DNA of 64,000 bases from Iphione sp. A-MEVVRFRX5. Taxonomy: Eukaryota. Numbering within the stretch: the stretch's first letter is position 1; each line of letters starts with the position of its first letter. Location: assembly GCA_976226885.1 (NCBI GenBank), contig OZ320319.1, positions 29,326,001-29,390,000 of the forward strand. Reading direction: 5' to 3'. The notes beneath the pieces are model-generated. The model was not told the origin of the DNA. It saw only the letters and a program-made list of their open reading frames with translations, and ran no database searches. This document shows positions 1-12,700 of the stretch, in pieces. Both the position numbers and the translations under genes were made by a program.

Positions 1-99
1 GTTACTTTGTATATGATATTACACCTGCTTGAATCATCTTGTGTGTGCGAGTGTAACTTGTACAAGTGTTACCGCTCATTTTACACAACCTGTAGTGGA

Positions 100-565
100 A
101 AACGGCTCTGATTTGACCGGTTGGTGCGAGGCACATGGGGACGCGATCCTGTGGCCAGGAACGTAGTTACCAGAGTCGTCGATGAATACATACGTCACTG
201 CCGCCTCTCTCCAGCCGGTTGACCAAGTCTGTCGGCCTGCCTCACCCCCCCCCCTCAACGATCCTACCCACCGGATCACTCGGGCATCTTGCCTGGCACA
301 CGAAGGTTGCATTTTTCACGCACGCAACTTTAAATAGAGAATAGGAAAAAGCAGCAGACCTATGCCTGTGCGGAGCTTAATTAGAGGCTGACCCAGCAAC
401 AAGTCCTTTTGAAGGCAACATGCGTACCTGGTCAGGGGACTCATAGTTGCACTGCGGCACAACTGCCAGAAGCGATAGGTCAAGCCAGGTAACCGACGTA
501 GCAAAACCCAAGTCGTCTTCCCAGCGGGTGCAGCTTGAAGTGTGGGCTTCTCACTCTTATACGTC
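100..565 (+). promoter_or_regulatory. Probable promoter / 5' UTR region of SLC4 exon 1a
   Basis: Locally GC- and CpG-rich, with TTTAAATA near 328 upstream of the first exon. The transcription start is not known. Confidence 0.3.
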
Positions 566-758
566 ATGGAAGATGCCGATGGACCCCGCCCGAAACATGA
601 GCCAGAGCGGCCGGCCTCTCCTCCATCCTACATGGACATCTACCATGAGCACATTGGGGAGAGCATGCGCATTGCGGGCCGCAAGACTTCCCGGGGCCGC
701 AAGACCAGTCAGCCCAGTGGGGCACTTGCCGCCGTGGATCACTCCACACTCCGACAAG
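566..758 (+). CDS. SLC4: SLC4 alternative first coding exon 1a ([20 protein letters not shown]...[10 protein letters not shown]...HSTLRQ)
   Basis: ATG at 566 in acgtcATGg context with an in-frame TGA upstream (536-538). Donor AAG|GTAAGC at 758/759 is phase 1, matching the acceptor at 26380 (G+AA = Glu). Confidence 0.75.
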
Positions 759-3700
759 GTAAGCTGACCAATGTTTACTACAGAAGTCTTTCAAAATAGT
801 CAACCTATCCTCAATTCTAGGTATGACTTTGGCATAGCCACTCTGGGTGTTTCCAACGTTGTTCTATATGCTATGGTCAGCCACCTGCCGAGTTTTATAG
901 TGAGTAGTAAGAGTAAAGTCCACTGTGCAAGAATAGGAGGTTCAACGGTAGACCTGATGGTTTTGAACTGAAAGTTTACGATGTGTGAGGACTTGGCCTC
1001 ACGATCTATATTTACTACAACGTGTGGCAGTGACCTATGAATAGTTTTCTTTTAACAATAATCTTGTAAGAAGCCTCTGGCCATCACAGATAATTTGCAG
1101 CAATTCTCCTGTAAACCCTTCATCAAAACGAGTACAAAGTTTAAAAAAACAACATCCACCACTCCACCGTAAGATCTAATGCAAATTAACATTCTGTGTG
1201 CCGGTTTTTCTCTACTTACAATAAAACGTATATGTACAACCAACAGAATTCGTTAAGCGATTATGTTACATATATCACATCCAGATCACAATTACACAAA
1301 TATTAAAAGCCATGTTACTAAATCATTTTATCTACAATGCAATTAATTCCGTATCTTTTGATTTCAATTGAGTGATCAGTTCTGTGGAATTTATTGCATG
1401 CACCTTAGTAGAAACTTCCTCAGCGGACTAATCTTAAAATAGGTTCCGCTGAAAACTTGACGGCAGCGACAGAAGTAATTATTTTAAAGGCTTTTCATAG
1501 GAAAACGACAGGAGTATGAATAAGGGAAGAAGTAACTATAGAGTTCTGTCTTAAATGTATGTAGATGACAGGCTGATAGGAAATGACAAAAGCAAAGGAA
1601 GGGTGTATGATGTCAGGGCCAAGTTTTCACGAATGGTGGGCGAGAGTCCCTGACTGCCTATACACATGTCTCCCCGATATGCTGGCATAAATACGCATTG
1701 GATATGTGTTAAAAACACAAATACAACACACTCCGCATAAAATCTACAACCAATGCGATCGGCATTCATGGGTTTCACTGATGAAGATGCGCCTAGTTTG
1801 ATTACGGCGGTCCATTAAGAGGATTTGTGAGTGTTATGAATGCTTCCTTCTGCGCAGGATCCGGACAACTGCTGCTGATACTTCACGTAGCCATAGAGAA
1901 AGAAAATATACATATCCATATAATTTAATTCCTTTCTCATTGCACAGACACAAATTGTTATTTATTGATAATTTCCATGTACTTGTGTAGCATGTATGAC
2001 TGTAAATTTTCTCCATGCCACTGTGTTAATATGTGTGCATGTGGCTTGTTCATCATGTAACACCTTAGTAGATGCACCTAGCAACCGTTTGAAAACATAT
2101 ATTCAGGCCCACAGTCTTATGGCAGACTAGGACATGTTCCATTTCGAAAATAATTACACATGCACACATTCTACACCTATGCATTGAAACACTCCTCCTG
2201 TTATCACATTCCTTTAAAACCCACAATGACATCACCGATGAGTGCTGAGAGTCGCAATCACTAACACTTAACCCTAAAAGCCAATACGATCTCTAGGTAT
2301 GACTGCCAACCTCGCAAATAACAAGGAAGACTTCTCTTTTTATCACTGGTATCAAAGCATGGGCAAGCATCATGGCCTCATCTGCTCATGACCCTTGACC
2401 TTTGACAAGGCTAAAATGTTTTACAAAGTATTTATAGTGCCGATCTCTTGTGCTCTCCGTTTCAGCCACTCTTAACCGATATATCTTCACTTATCTTGAA
2501 AGGTTCACTGGATTATCCTACCCATATGTGTGAAGGGCAGGATGCATTATGCTTTCCCGTAGAACCTGCAATACAATACGCATAAGAAAATTATATAAAC
2601 ATTTTATTCACCGTTAAAACCACGCTCCGTGTGGTTGGTGTTCAGTAGCATTTCTACGACTGCTTGCTGAAATAAAATAATACCCCCAGTGATAAAGTAG
2701 GGTTTTAGAGGAAAATGCCGTTATGCTCTACACCTTAGATTGGTCAGATTGTGTACTCTGGACTGAAAACAATAATCAACGGCCCCTTGGTTTCATGGGT
2801 CACATGGGAAGGTCTGTCTAGGTGTTCTTGTTATGCCTTGTTGAACATCTGCAATTTTAGTTCATAAACATATGTTCAAGTACATAGATGCATACACGTC
2901 ACTGCATCATTTCTTACACTTTCTTTCGACAGAAAGTAAAAGCTTACTTGGAAAATGCACCGGAGCTGTTAAGTAAAATTTCGTACCTGCATCTGCTTTT
3001 TACAGCAAAGCCGGAATATAATTGACGGCATGATATTCATGCTTTTTAGTGCAAATAACCAAATTGTAGCCGAGAGTTACTAACCTCCCTCAGTGAGCGG
3101 GCAGAGTTCAGCGGTTCAACCGCCCTGCCCCCTGTTGGCAACATTAGGAAGTCACTTTGGTGGATATGAAGACCCGTCCTCGAATGGCGGACGACTGAAG
3201 AGAACGGGGTCGCCGGGAACACTCTGAGGCTGACCTCTAAACAGTAGAAGGACAACGTCAGTGCAGTCCTGGACCGGCGCCAGATGTGATCTCTCCCATG
3301 TGGCCACAAGTGCCAAATTGCCACCGTCCTCACTCTCTCAATGTGACGCTTAAATTTAGAGCGGCCTGTGGTATACGCAGCGCCGAAGAATAGGCGGGGT
3401 TGATCCTGGTGTGTATATGTGTATGCACGTGGTTTGCTCATCGAGAATGCATGGGAAACACATAAATCAGCACTCGTTTGATTATGCCTTACAATTAGCC
3501 TGGGGTTCTCTTTGCATACTGATTTCATTGTTTTCGCTTTCCGAGAACGTGACACTACCGTTTATTTGCCAAGGCGCACTTCTTATTGAAAAGCTGTGAG
3601 CATGTTCCCCTGGAAAACTAATCAATTCAGACTGGCCAATGTTCACTGCTCTAACAATGGTACCGGCCTATGGATTTTTCCCATCAAATTCACACACGTG

Positions 3701-6700
3701 CCCATGTAATGATCGAAGAACGGCGACAGCCGCTTTGCTTGACTCTTTGTACACGTATTCGAAGTAAACCATTGATACTTGCGTAGATAAGAGTACATAG
3801 TCGTGAAATCAATCATAGGCAGACCCACACCGATGCCTTCTGCTCATTTTTTTCTTTATCAATACGGATCGCATACGAATATGAGCAAGTATTCAACATT
3901 CAAGCAGGTTTCAGATTATTGATGTTTCCATAAAAGGAGACGACAACTAATCAGAATGTAAAAACAGAGGGACACAATTATGGCAATAACAAAGTTTGTG
4001 CCTATATATTTCTTAAATTAGAATTATTGTAGGACATCCTCGCCAATACAAGTCACACTGTCCAGTAAGAAAAATTGTAAAAGCAACCCTGACCTCCACG
4101 ATTCTCTCAATATGGCATCAACCTCCGACCAAATATTTACGGTATATAGCCACGATGAATTATTCTATTATTACAAAAACTGAAAGCGAATGACGTCTCG
4201 TTATTAAATGGTTCAACACTGGGCTTTTTATTTAATGTAATTTCGCTCAATTCAAACACAAGGCCGACAGGTTACCTCTACATCATTATAGGCCGTTCAC
4301 TTCTCTTGAATGCAATGATTTTCATAGTATACTAGGCAGACAGTGGGGATTCATTTAAGTCAGATGCTGTTTTATCCTAGAACGCTGATTTTACTATTGA
4401 TTATGGTGTTGGATTTTTGTTTACACAGTGATAGGAAAGATGCGTAATCTCACCAAAATTTTCTAAAATATGAAAAGAGTAAGCGAGTCTCCAAAGGATT
4501 CATGCACTGTCAATGACATCCTACTCCTGACACATACTCCTGTACAGAAAATGTGATTCTAAATGGGTGACATCTATTTTCCTATTTGGTTTAAATCGCT
4601 CCATACATTTTTGAGTGAACTAATATTGACTCAAAACATGAAACGCTGTGACTACGAGAATACCCGCAGGTTCAGTTCATCACCAGAGTGTGTATCCCCT
4701 CTAGGATGCCTTACATGTGCACCCGGTGGGAGCTTCCATGGACTGTTTTCAAGAAAAATCTACATGGCTCGTCATTTATTAACTAAGCCAATACTGTTAA
4801 TATTAAATTGTATCAGCTTTAAGGGATGATTTTAAAGATGTAAGATATTAGTAATGATTTTGATCAATAAAAACTGTTTCAATTTCAAACTTGGATCATA
4901 TGTGCTCTAGATATTCGTGTAATCCAGTCATTAAAATCAATGCATCTATATGAAGATACATCGTATCAAGATGTAACCGTCAAGGTTGCCTCTATGTAGG
5001 CTGGCATGGGCCATACATTCGTAGGAACTCCTTTCAAATGGTCTGTTGAGTTCTTGGGATTGGATCTTTTATAGAGTTATTAAGAATGATTCCAAAACAT
5101 GTAAAGAAAGACGCAAAATCCTTGATATAAATACCATAGTCGTTTCTACTCAACATATCTACACCATATTGGTAGCAAATATGGTCAACGAAATCATGTG
5201 CTTTGTACACCTTTCCGGATCTAATGTATACTATTGAAGTAAACATTGGTACACGTTTGTCTCATACTAGTCAAGATTAATGTAGGTTAAAATGGACTTA
5301 GCATAGTAAACACAGAAAGAATAACTATCCTGCTATTCGTCTCCCCCTTATAATCGTTCTGGAAACAAGATCTAGGGATGGATATGTTGATAAATTATAC
5401 ATGTAGCTTTTCTCTATATGTAGGCGACATTTCCTGTCTCTGGAGTAAGTTCGAGAGCAGATATGATCAAAATAGTTCTGCGTATTCCTAGACCAGTATC
5501 AGTCAAGTATGAGAACACATGAAACAAGTACTGCCGCAATGTCCCCCCTACTGACCCTTTATAAAATTTCATGTATCCTTCTTTATTTAGCATATTTCTT
5601 ATCTTCCTGCATCAGAGTAGCACAATACAGATACAAATCTACGTCCAAACGGAAATTTGGAAAAATACACATTCAGATACATGTATTTTGGTGGCATGGT
5701 TTAATATCTGACTCTTCACCACCAACCACAACTACCTCAGTATTGTATAGTATGATTTGTTTCAGGTACAAATGATGGAGTATGATGGAGTATTCTTTGG
5801 AATATTTATAATCTTAAAATAGTTTGAACGGGAAGGGTGTACCACTTGCAGGTGCTCATCTATCGTCGACCTATTTTTTCAAGGCGCCCCTTGCTGTCCT
5901 GTTGTTTTTCCTACCTTGTGTACAAACGGCGCAAGTCTTGGACTATCCCCCAGTATCCCCAAGAAAACATGGCTGTGCCAGCGAATAGTCCCCCCTGTAT
6001 CATATGGAGGTTCATGGGGGGATGTTGCTCTGTCCTCGCCGCCCACAGAGGTCTTACCACTTCTCAAGCCGAAACCGACACCCCATCTTGTCCCAAGCAA
6101 ACCCACGCGCCAGGCGTCAACATGTCTAGGGTCATAGACAAATTCATATCATCGAGCCCTTTCTGTAATGTATTTAACATGTCAAACTGGGATCTACATT
6201 TTTTTACTCTTAGCCACTAACAGGATTTGATAGATAAACCACTTACTTCCTTTTAGGTTTCTTTCAAAGTTTCACATATGTTGTATGTGTTATAAGATCT
6301 GATTCTCAACTATCTAGTGATCTACATGTAACCCTTCTTTGCCGATTTCTCAGTTAGTAGTGATAAAACGAGAAACACATTGGCAATGAATTCTCAGAAA
6401 CTGTCGACAATCTGTTGCTCAGAGAAGGCATTACATCGTAACCCCGATAACACACATAAAGTCTCAATGTTACCACCATTCCAGTAAAGTTCTATGTGAT
6501 GGGCCTGCTGAATATCAAAGAAAATAGCACAGTCAAAATATGTGACCAGCCATTGAGAATGAAGTATCCCATGTATTGAGTTAAAGTGTCAAATTACCAT
6601 TCAGGAGGCCTAAAAATGAAGGAAATAACAATCTGGTCATGAAATGCTCTATTTGGTTATGTTTAGTGAAGAATTTATTACAAGATTAGTTTTGCCAAGC

Positions 6701-9700
6701 TCAGTTCCTAACAAGGTAATATTAGCCACGTGATGAGATTTGTAGACGACCTAATTTACATAGATACATAATATTAAGTGACCATAGCAACCAAATTTAA
6801 GGATCATATTTAATTTCTATGAAATGTAGAAACATGAAAAATATCTTTTTATGAACTAATATCTGGCTAGAGATACGATTTCTTCAACTGTTTTTCTATA
6901 ATAACTAAAATTCCAGATTGATCTATATATTTTACAGTATCTAGATATTTTAAGCTATACAGTGTAAAGAGGGTATTAACCATTAAATTCCAACTTTTTG
7001 AAAGAGTGGTTATATGAAGTTAGGATTAAGATATCTTTGCATCAAGGAGGAGTAATTACATTATTCTTAAATGATGTCAGAAAGTGCTATTCAGTTTCCA
7101 CAATTTTCCACTGATGTACCAATTTTCCAGGGCTGGTCACATATACATCCACAGATATCTGGCTCTCCCGCGACTAGAAGGGATACTTTCTATTGCAAGC
7201 ATAAATAAGAGATCACTTTGATTGAATACTATGTATAATTTCACCTCTTGCGATGAAAATGCATACCGGTAGGCTATTGCACAGACGACATGTGGGATAA
7301 TTTGCTAGCGGAAATTCTGATCTCAATTCTGTTAAGTCTTCTTCATAGAACCCACACGGATATCAGATAAAGCTATTCAACCTAGCATTGGAGTTTTCCT
7401 ACCTGCAAACGCTCTATAGTTACTGTCAGGCGTTGACTGTATCTTGACTCGAACAAGGAGTCTCTAGTAGCTCCTTGGTTTGCAGCACTAGGTGTCTAAC
7501 TCAACTTCCATGACGGAAGGACGCTGTCCTACATGGATTTATATAGAATCTGGTGGGATCTTCACCAACCAGGATACACTCATCGGACTCTTAATACTTC
7601 ATTTTTGCACAGAGGTGTATATTGTTCGTACACCGGTCTTCTCAGCCCTCCTGCCCGCTAGAGGCTCTGTAGCTAAAGTTTGAGAACAGGTACTGATAGG
7701 TTTCTATGCATAGTCTACACAATATCTTTGGCAACGACATACCTATGCATTTCATTGATTAACGATATGGAGGAAGTGTTAGTACATGATGTCATGATTG
7801 TTTGATGATGTATCATCAACGTATGTTCTGGACACGTTCGAATTCAAGTTATTCAATACTCGTATCAAAATATTTTGGGTGCTATAGGCGCTGCTCTTAG
7901 GGACTATTTTATGAGTCACAGAAACGACTGCCATCTCGATTCAAAGCTACGGACACATCTGCGTTCTTCGCAGGAGACTGTAACGAGGAGGGAAGGTTGC
8001 CATCAATCACGTTTTCCAGGGCACCAGATAGCTGGCTGGCCGTTAGAGCTAACTTGTATAACGTTGCATATAATCTGGATTTACATGCTGTCCCAGACAT
8101 GATGACCTCTCTGGTCCAGTTTCAGTAGGGGCCATAACCAGCCCCCGTCATTTAACCCTGGCTCAACAATGTAAAAGCGATACCCTTTATCCTCTAGCCA
8201 CTTTCATAGTTTTGGAACGAAGTGTACATTGTAGTGGACTGCATATGTGTAGTCAGGGCAGTAGTATATGAGAAAGAATCACTGATTGCTGTATCCACTA
8301 CCTCGGTTAAATGGTTGATGTGTTTGATTAGCCACATACTCATAAGTAACGCAAAGAAAGTTTTGCAGAGAAAGCGAAATGAATGTCCGATAAACTCTTT
8401 GTTGGAAACAAGAACATTCTCCTGGGTTTGTACCTGTGAAAAGCAGAAGCCACCCGAAACAAATATTTACTTTTACAACACAGATGGCATGCTGTGTTCA
8501 CCAATCCTGATCACAGTTGTGTATAAATTTAGCGTCGCCCGAAACTGTCACCTGGTTGAGTGGGAGCACAAGACGGCACGTCCATCCAGAAGCGCATGAC
8601 GAGAGAGAGAGAAAAAAAGCACGCTTGTTGATGAAATAGAAAATAGGTCGGATGATGAGCGCAAACGGGTCAGAAGCGCGCGGCCACCTGGAGCTGGTCG
8701 GCGAAGAGAGCACCGCCCTACTGGAGGGGATGGACCCCCAGGGTGAGGAGACACCAGCCATTGCTAGACGGGCCGCCACCGCCGACACTGGAGGAGAAGC
8801 GACGCCCACGCCGGCGGAAGGCGCCTTGGGTCACGACGCCATGGAGGAGGAGACCACAAGGGTGCCCGAGCCCCCAGTGAGGATCGACTCGGATCCACAG
8901 ATGGCGTCCCACAGAGCGGAGGACCTAGTGGATGTCCCACTTGTCGAGGACGACGCCGACAAGGCCCCTGCCGCCTCCGAGGCGTTAAAAAAGGAAGAGA
9001 AAGCGCCGAAGGCATCGGTTTCCCCGCACACCGATGACGACCGTACCGCTGAGCAGGACAAGATGCCTCAACCGTCACCGCACCCGCCGGAACCCAGTCA
9101 TGGCCACCCTCTGTTATTCGTCGATGAGACCATACAAGAGGAACCGGAAACAGACGGTGGAGACGACGATGAACCTGACGACGATACTGCACGACCGCGC
9201 TCGCTCTTAGTTGACTCGGACGACGACAGTGACGGGCCTCAAGACGGTGTCCCGCTGCTCCCTCTCCGCTCTGGTAAGTGACGTAACGTTGGAGGAGTAT
9301 TTTATGAGAATATGTGGGACTCCACGTTATAACTGAAACAAGTCCCACATACATTCAGTAATCGAAGTCACTTTAACCTCGACCCATGCCAGAACAAATG
9401 ATTCTCTAATCAGAGTCAGGTGCAGTGAATGACATGTATTGCCTATGGGAGGCATCGCTAGATTTTCACACAGAAAACACACCATCGTACACCAGTGTAT
9501 AAAAAGGTGGGGAAAAGGTATTGTATGTACACAAATCGCCTCACTTATTGTGACTGGCGCGATCTTTCTAGAATATTAGGTGAACGATTCGTCCTGAACT
9601 TTCTCTTTTAGTTATAAAGCAATGTTTTAAAGATCTTTAAACTAGCCCTACAAACTGTACTCGTACTTTATCTAATACATAATGTGAAAACACAGTGTCC

Positions 9701-12700
9701 CTTTATTAATATTTGGCGTTGTTACCTATCCTACTTCGAAATGTGGTCGGTGCTTACAAATACAATGCTTAATATCAAAATATTTCTGCAAAATGTGATA
9801 TACAACATACAGTGTACTCTGTATACGTCTACAGCGACAGTTTGACTTCGTAGCGCACGTAACGATGGGTATGTGAATAATGCAATCGACACGATACACA
9901 GCCTGCCCACGCCCTGTGGCTATCATACATGTCATATTGACACAAATATTCGACTGCCATATATTCACAGATTCAGTATATGAGGGATTGTCGCAGTACT
10001 TACTCTCTCTTTCCTTTTAGTTGTAAGTATACACATATACGTCTATATATGCGTAATATAGAGAATATTAAATCAGGACTGACCCAGTGATCACCTATCA
10101 ATATTTTTGGATGAGGGTCAACCTGTTTGGTCAAATCTGTAATTGATACTTCTGAAGGGATACTTAGGTTGTATTTTTCTACATATATAATCTTGGAGTC
10201 AACAAAACGTGATGTTTCTTATAACAATTCTAAAGATTTTGACCCACCTGATCAATTTCGCTTTAAATGAAAGCTGGAATCGTAACATACGTTTATACAT
10301 GCATTTTGAAAACTATTCTGAAAACTAACCCACATTTACTATAGTCCTAAGTACCTCAGGAAGAATAGGCACCTTACTAGATTTCTGTGTCAAAAAGTAC
10401 GTCGACATCACATGCAAATGAAAGTTAGGCCTTAATCAAGGCCCTCTGTGTTATCTGTTGGTGCATAGTCCCCAGCGCATTCATGATATGCCCTTCTTGT
10501 AGGGTTTCATGGGCCGCTTTTCCTCAAAACAAAGCGTCATACTGCAGCGAGTGAGAGTTTACCAGAAGCTGGCATCAGCAATATGCTGCATGCTCATCTT
10601 TCTAGGTAAACACCACCTGCCCAAAGAGACCTACAAAACAATAAACAGGTGTCCGAATGCCTTCTATAGGGACACGCCCTCTATCCAGTGTTTTAGCTTC
10701 CATTACTATAGTATAAATAATTACATGAAATTTCGATCTAAGTTCAGCCTATGGAGTGTGTAAAGGCTTTTTGGTCCTTACATTGATACGATGAGCAAGA
10801 AGGACTCTTCAAGAAAGCTTCTGGGGCAGGGAGTTGCACCCTCGTATGAGATGTATGGATAACGTGTTAAAAATAATGACCTATCCATATTTTCGGCATA
10901 TGTGTATTGAATGATGTCAAATAATATTACCATCGATTGCGATAAGCAATGCTCTGTACACATATGGACAGTATATATTTGTGTAAACGTTTATAAAAGG
11001 TACATGCACACTTCTAATATACCAACCTGGTGTATGATATAAGCATGGTTTCAACAGGGAAATTCAACTGTTGACCCCCTGCACCTTCTGCATTTTCACA
11101 GCACGTTAACGAACCACAAAGAGATCAAATTCCATTGTTAGGTAGATATGTATGTACACCAGTTACTGAGTTGCAACAATGCCAATGGTAAGTACATTTT
11201 TAGAATGTATCAAGTATCGTTCAACGGTTTTGAAGCAAACAAGGGGAAAACTATCTAATGACGCGGGTTAAAGGACAAGATAAAGATGCTGACCCGAAGG
11301 TCATTCTTGTATACAGAACATCGATTTTGGATAATTAAGAGGACAAGATAAGATCTCGAGGTACATGCAGGTGAACAACTGTACCTAAGTATAGATTGAT
11401 AGCACAATAAAAAATAGCAAAAGCCAACGATTGGAGTGGTGAAATCATATGCTATAGAACTATTTAAGTATATGTAAAATCAATTGTCCGAGAAGAAAGT
11501 TGCAGCCGCCATATAGTGTAACTGTGAGTTCATTATGGTTTCAATTATTGAGGGAAGGAGGGAACTGGGATTCCTTTTGAAACTCCAAGAGATCAGCAGA
11601 GTTTCATTTAGTACAGTGGAAACTCTATTTGCGACCACCCTTTGGTTCCCAGCTGAAATGGTTGCATTGGCAAATTTGGTCGCAAATAGAGTATTAAGTG
11701 TATAGAAATCAAGTTTTTTGTTCCCACCTCAGGTGGTCTTAAATAGAAAATGGTCACAAATAGCAGTGTTTGTCAATAGGGTCTCGACTGTAGATAGTTA
11801 CCTGGGTTCCGCAATGGATTTTGAGTGTTTTCTTGCTGAAAATGACACTTGATATCCTAGTAAATAAAATAATATGTTCCATTAATGGAATAATATGATG
11901 AAAAAACGCTCTGAAATTATAGATACCGGTCAGTTTATATTTACATCTCTACTGAAAAGGAAACCCTTCAGTGAACCAGTTATGGGTCTGATGACAGCAC
12001 GTGTTATGTGAATATAATACTGAAATTCTTTTGTTTTGCTGATGAAAAGTTTAAATAACACCTTACCAAGTCAATATAATCTTTTAGTTATGAATAAGTA
12101 CAATTGTAACTCTCCTATATTTTTGATAGTTTAATTTATTGTAGATGTGGTTCTTATACTTCCCTGTTTCAAAAGTATCCGAGAACTGACCATTAGCTAG
12201 CCTTTTCCGAATGATTATGCTTATGGTAGTGATGATGTCAACTCGAAATCCAGTGTACTCTATATATATGGAAATGGGCTTACATATATATGGGCGTGAC
12301 GACTAGCGCCTCGTATACTCATGCGTTTAACATGTGATGTATATTACACAAGATAAACAAACCTTTTACTTCCTGTATAGATAACCTTGGTATGTCACAA
12401 TTCACAGCATACATGTACATGAAATATAAAAGGTATGAAACATACCATTTCTATATAGCTTTCTTCACGGTATCAAGGAGCTTTGAAGATGCAGACACAT
12501 AATCGACAATTGTCTTCTACTGGCAGATATACAGTGTTCTGGATATGTTACTCTGGTAGCTCTCTAGATGAAAGAAGAAGTGCTAAATCATAAAATGAAA
12601 ACACGCAACTCCATGGAAATCAGTGTGCTTCCTTCTATAGGCAACAAAGAAATGTTGCAAAACTGATGAATATATCAACCACCTTTTAAAATGTCTTTCG

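Noticed and set aside
447-767. 106-aa + strand ORF in the track
   Set aside because: Wrong frame: the frame starting at ATG 566 is the one whose donor phase fits the common exon.
3046-3555. 169-aa - strand ORF
   Set aside because: No recognisable motif or supporting exon structure; probably a GC-rich repeat or regulatory segment.
5837-6220. 127-aa + strand ORF and overlapping ORFs
   Set aside because: No recognisable homology in any frame and no phase-consistent link to SLC4.
8484-8599. Splicing exon 1a into the acceptor at 8483
   Set aside because: Phase-1 entry hits TGA at 8597-8599. The site could only serve a non-coding leader exon.
8764-9354. 196-aa - strand ORF and neighbours
   Set aside because: Shadows of GC-rich SLC4 exon 1b.
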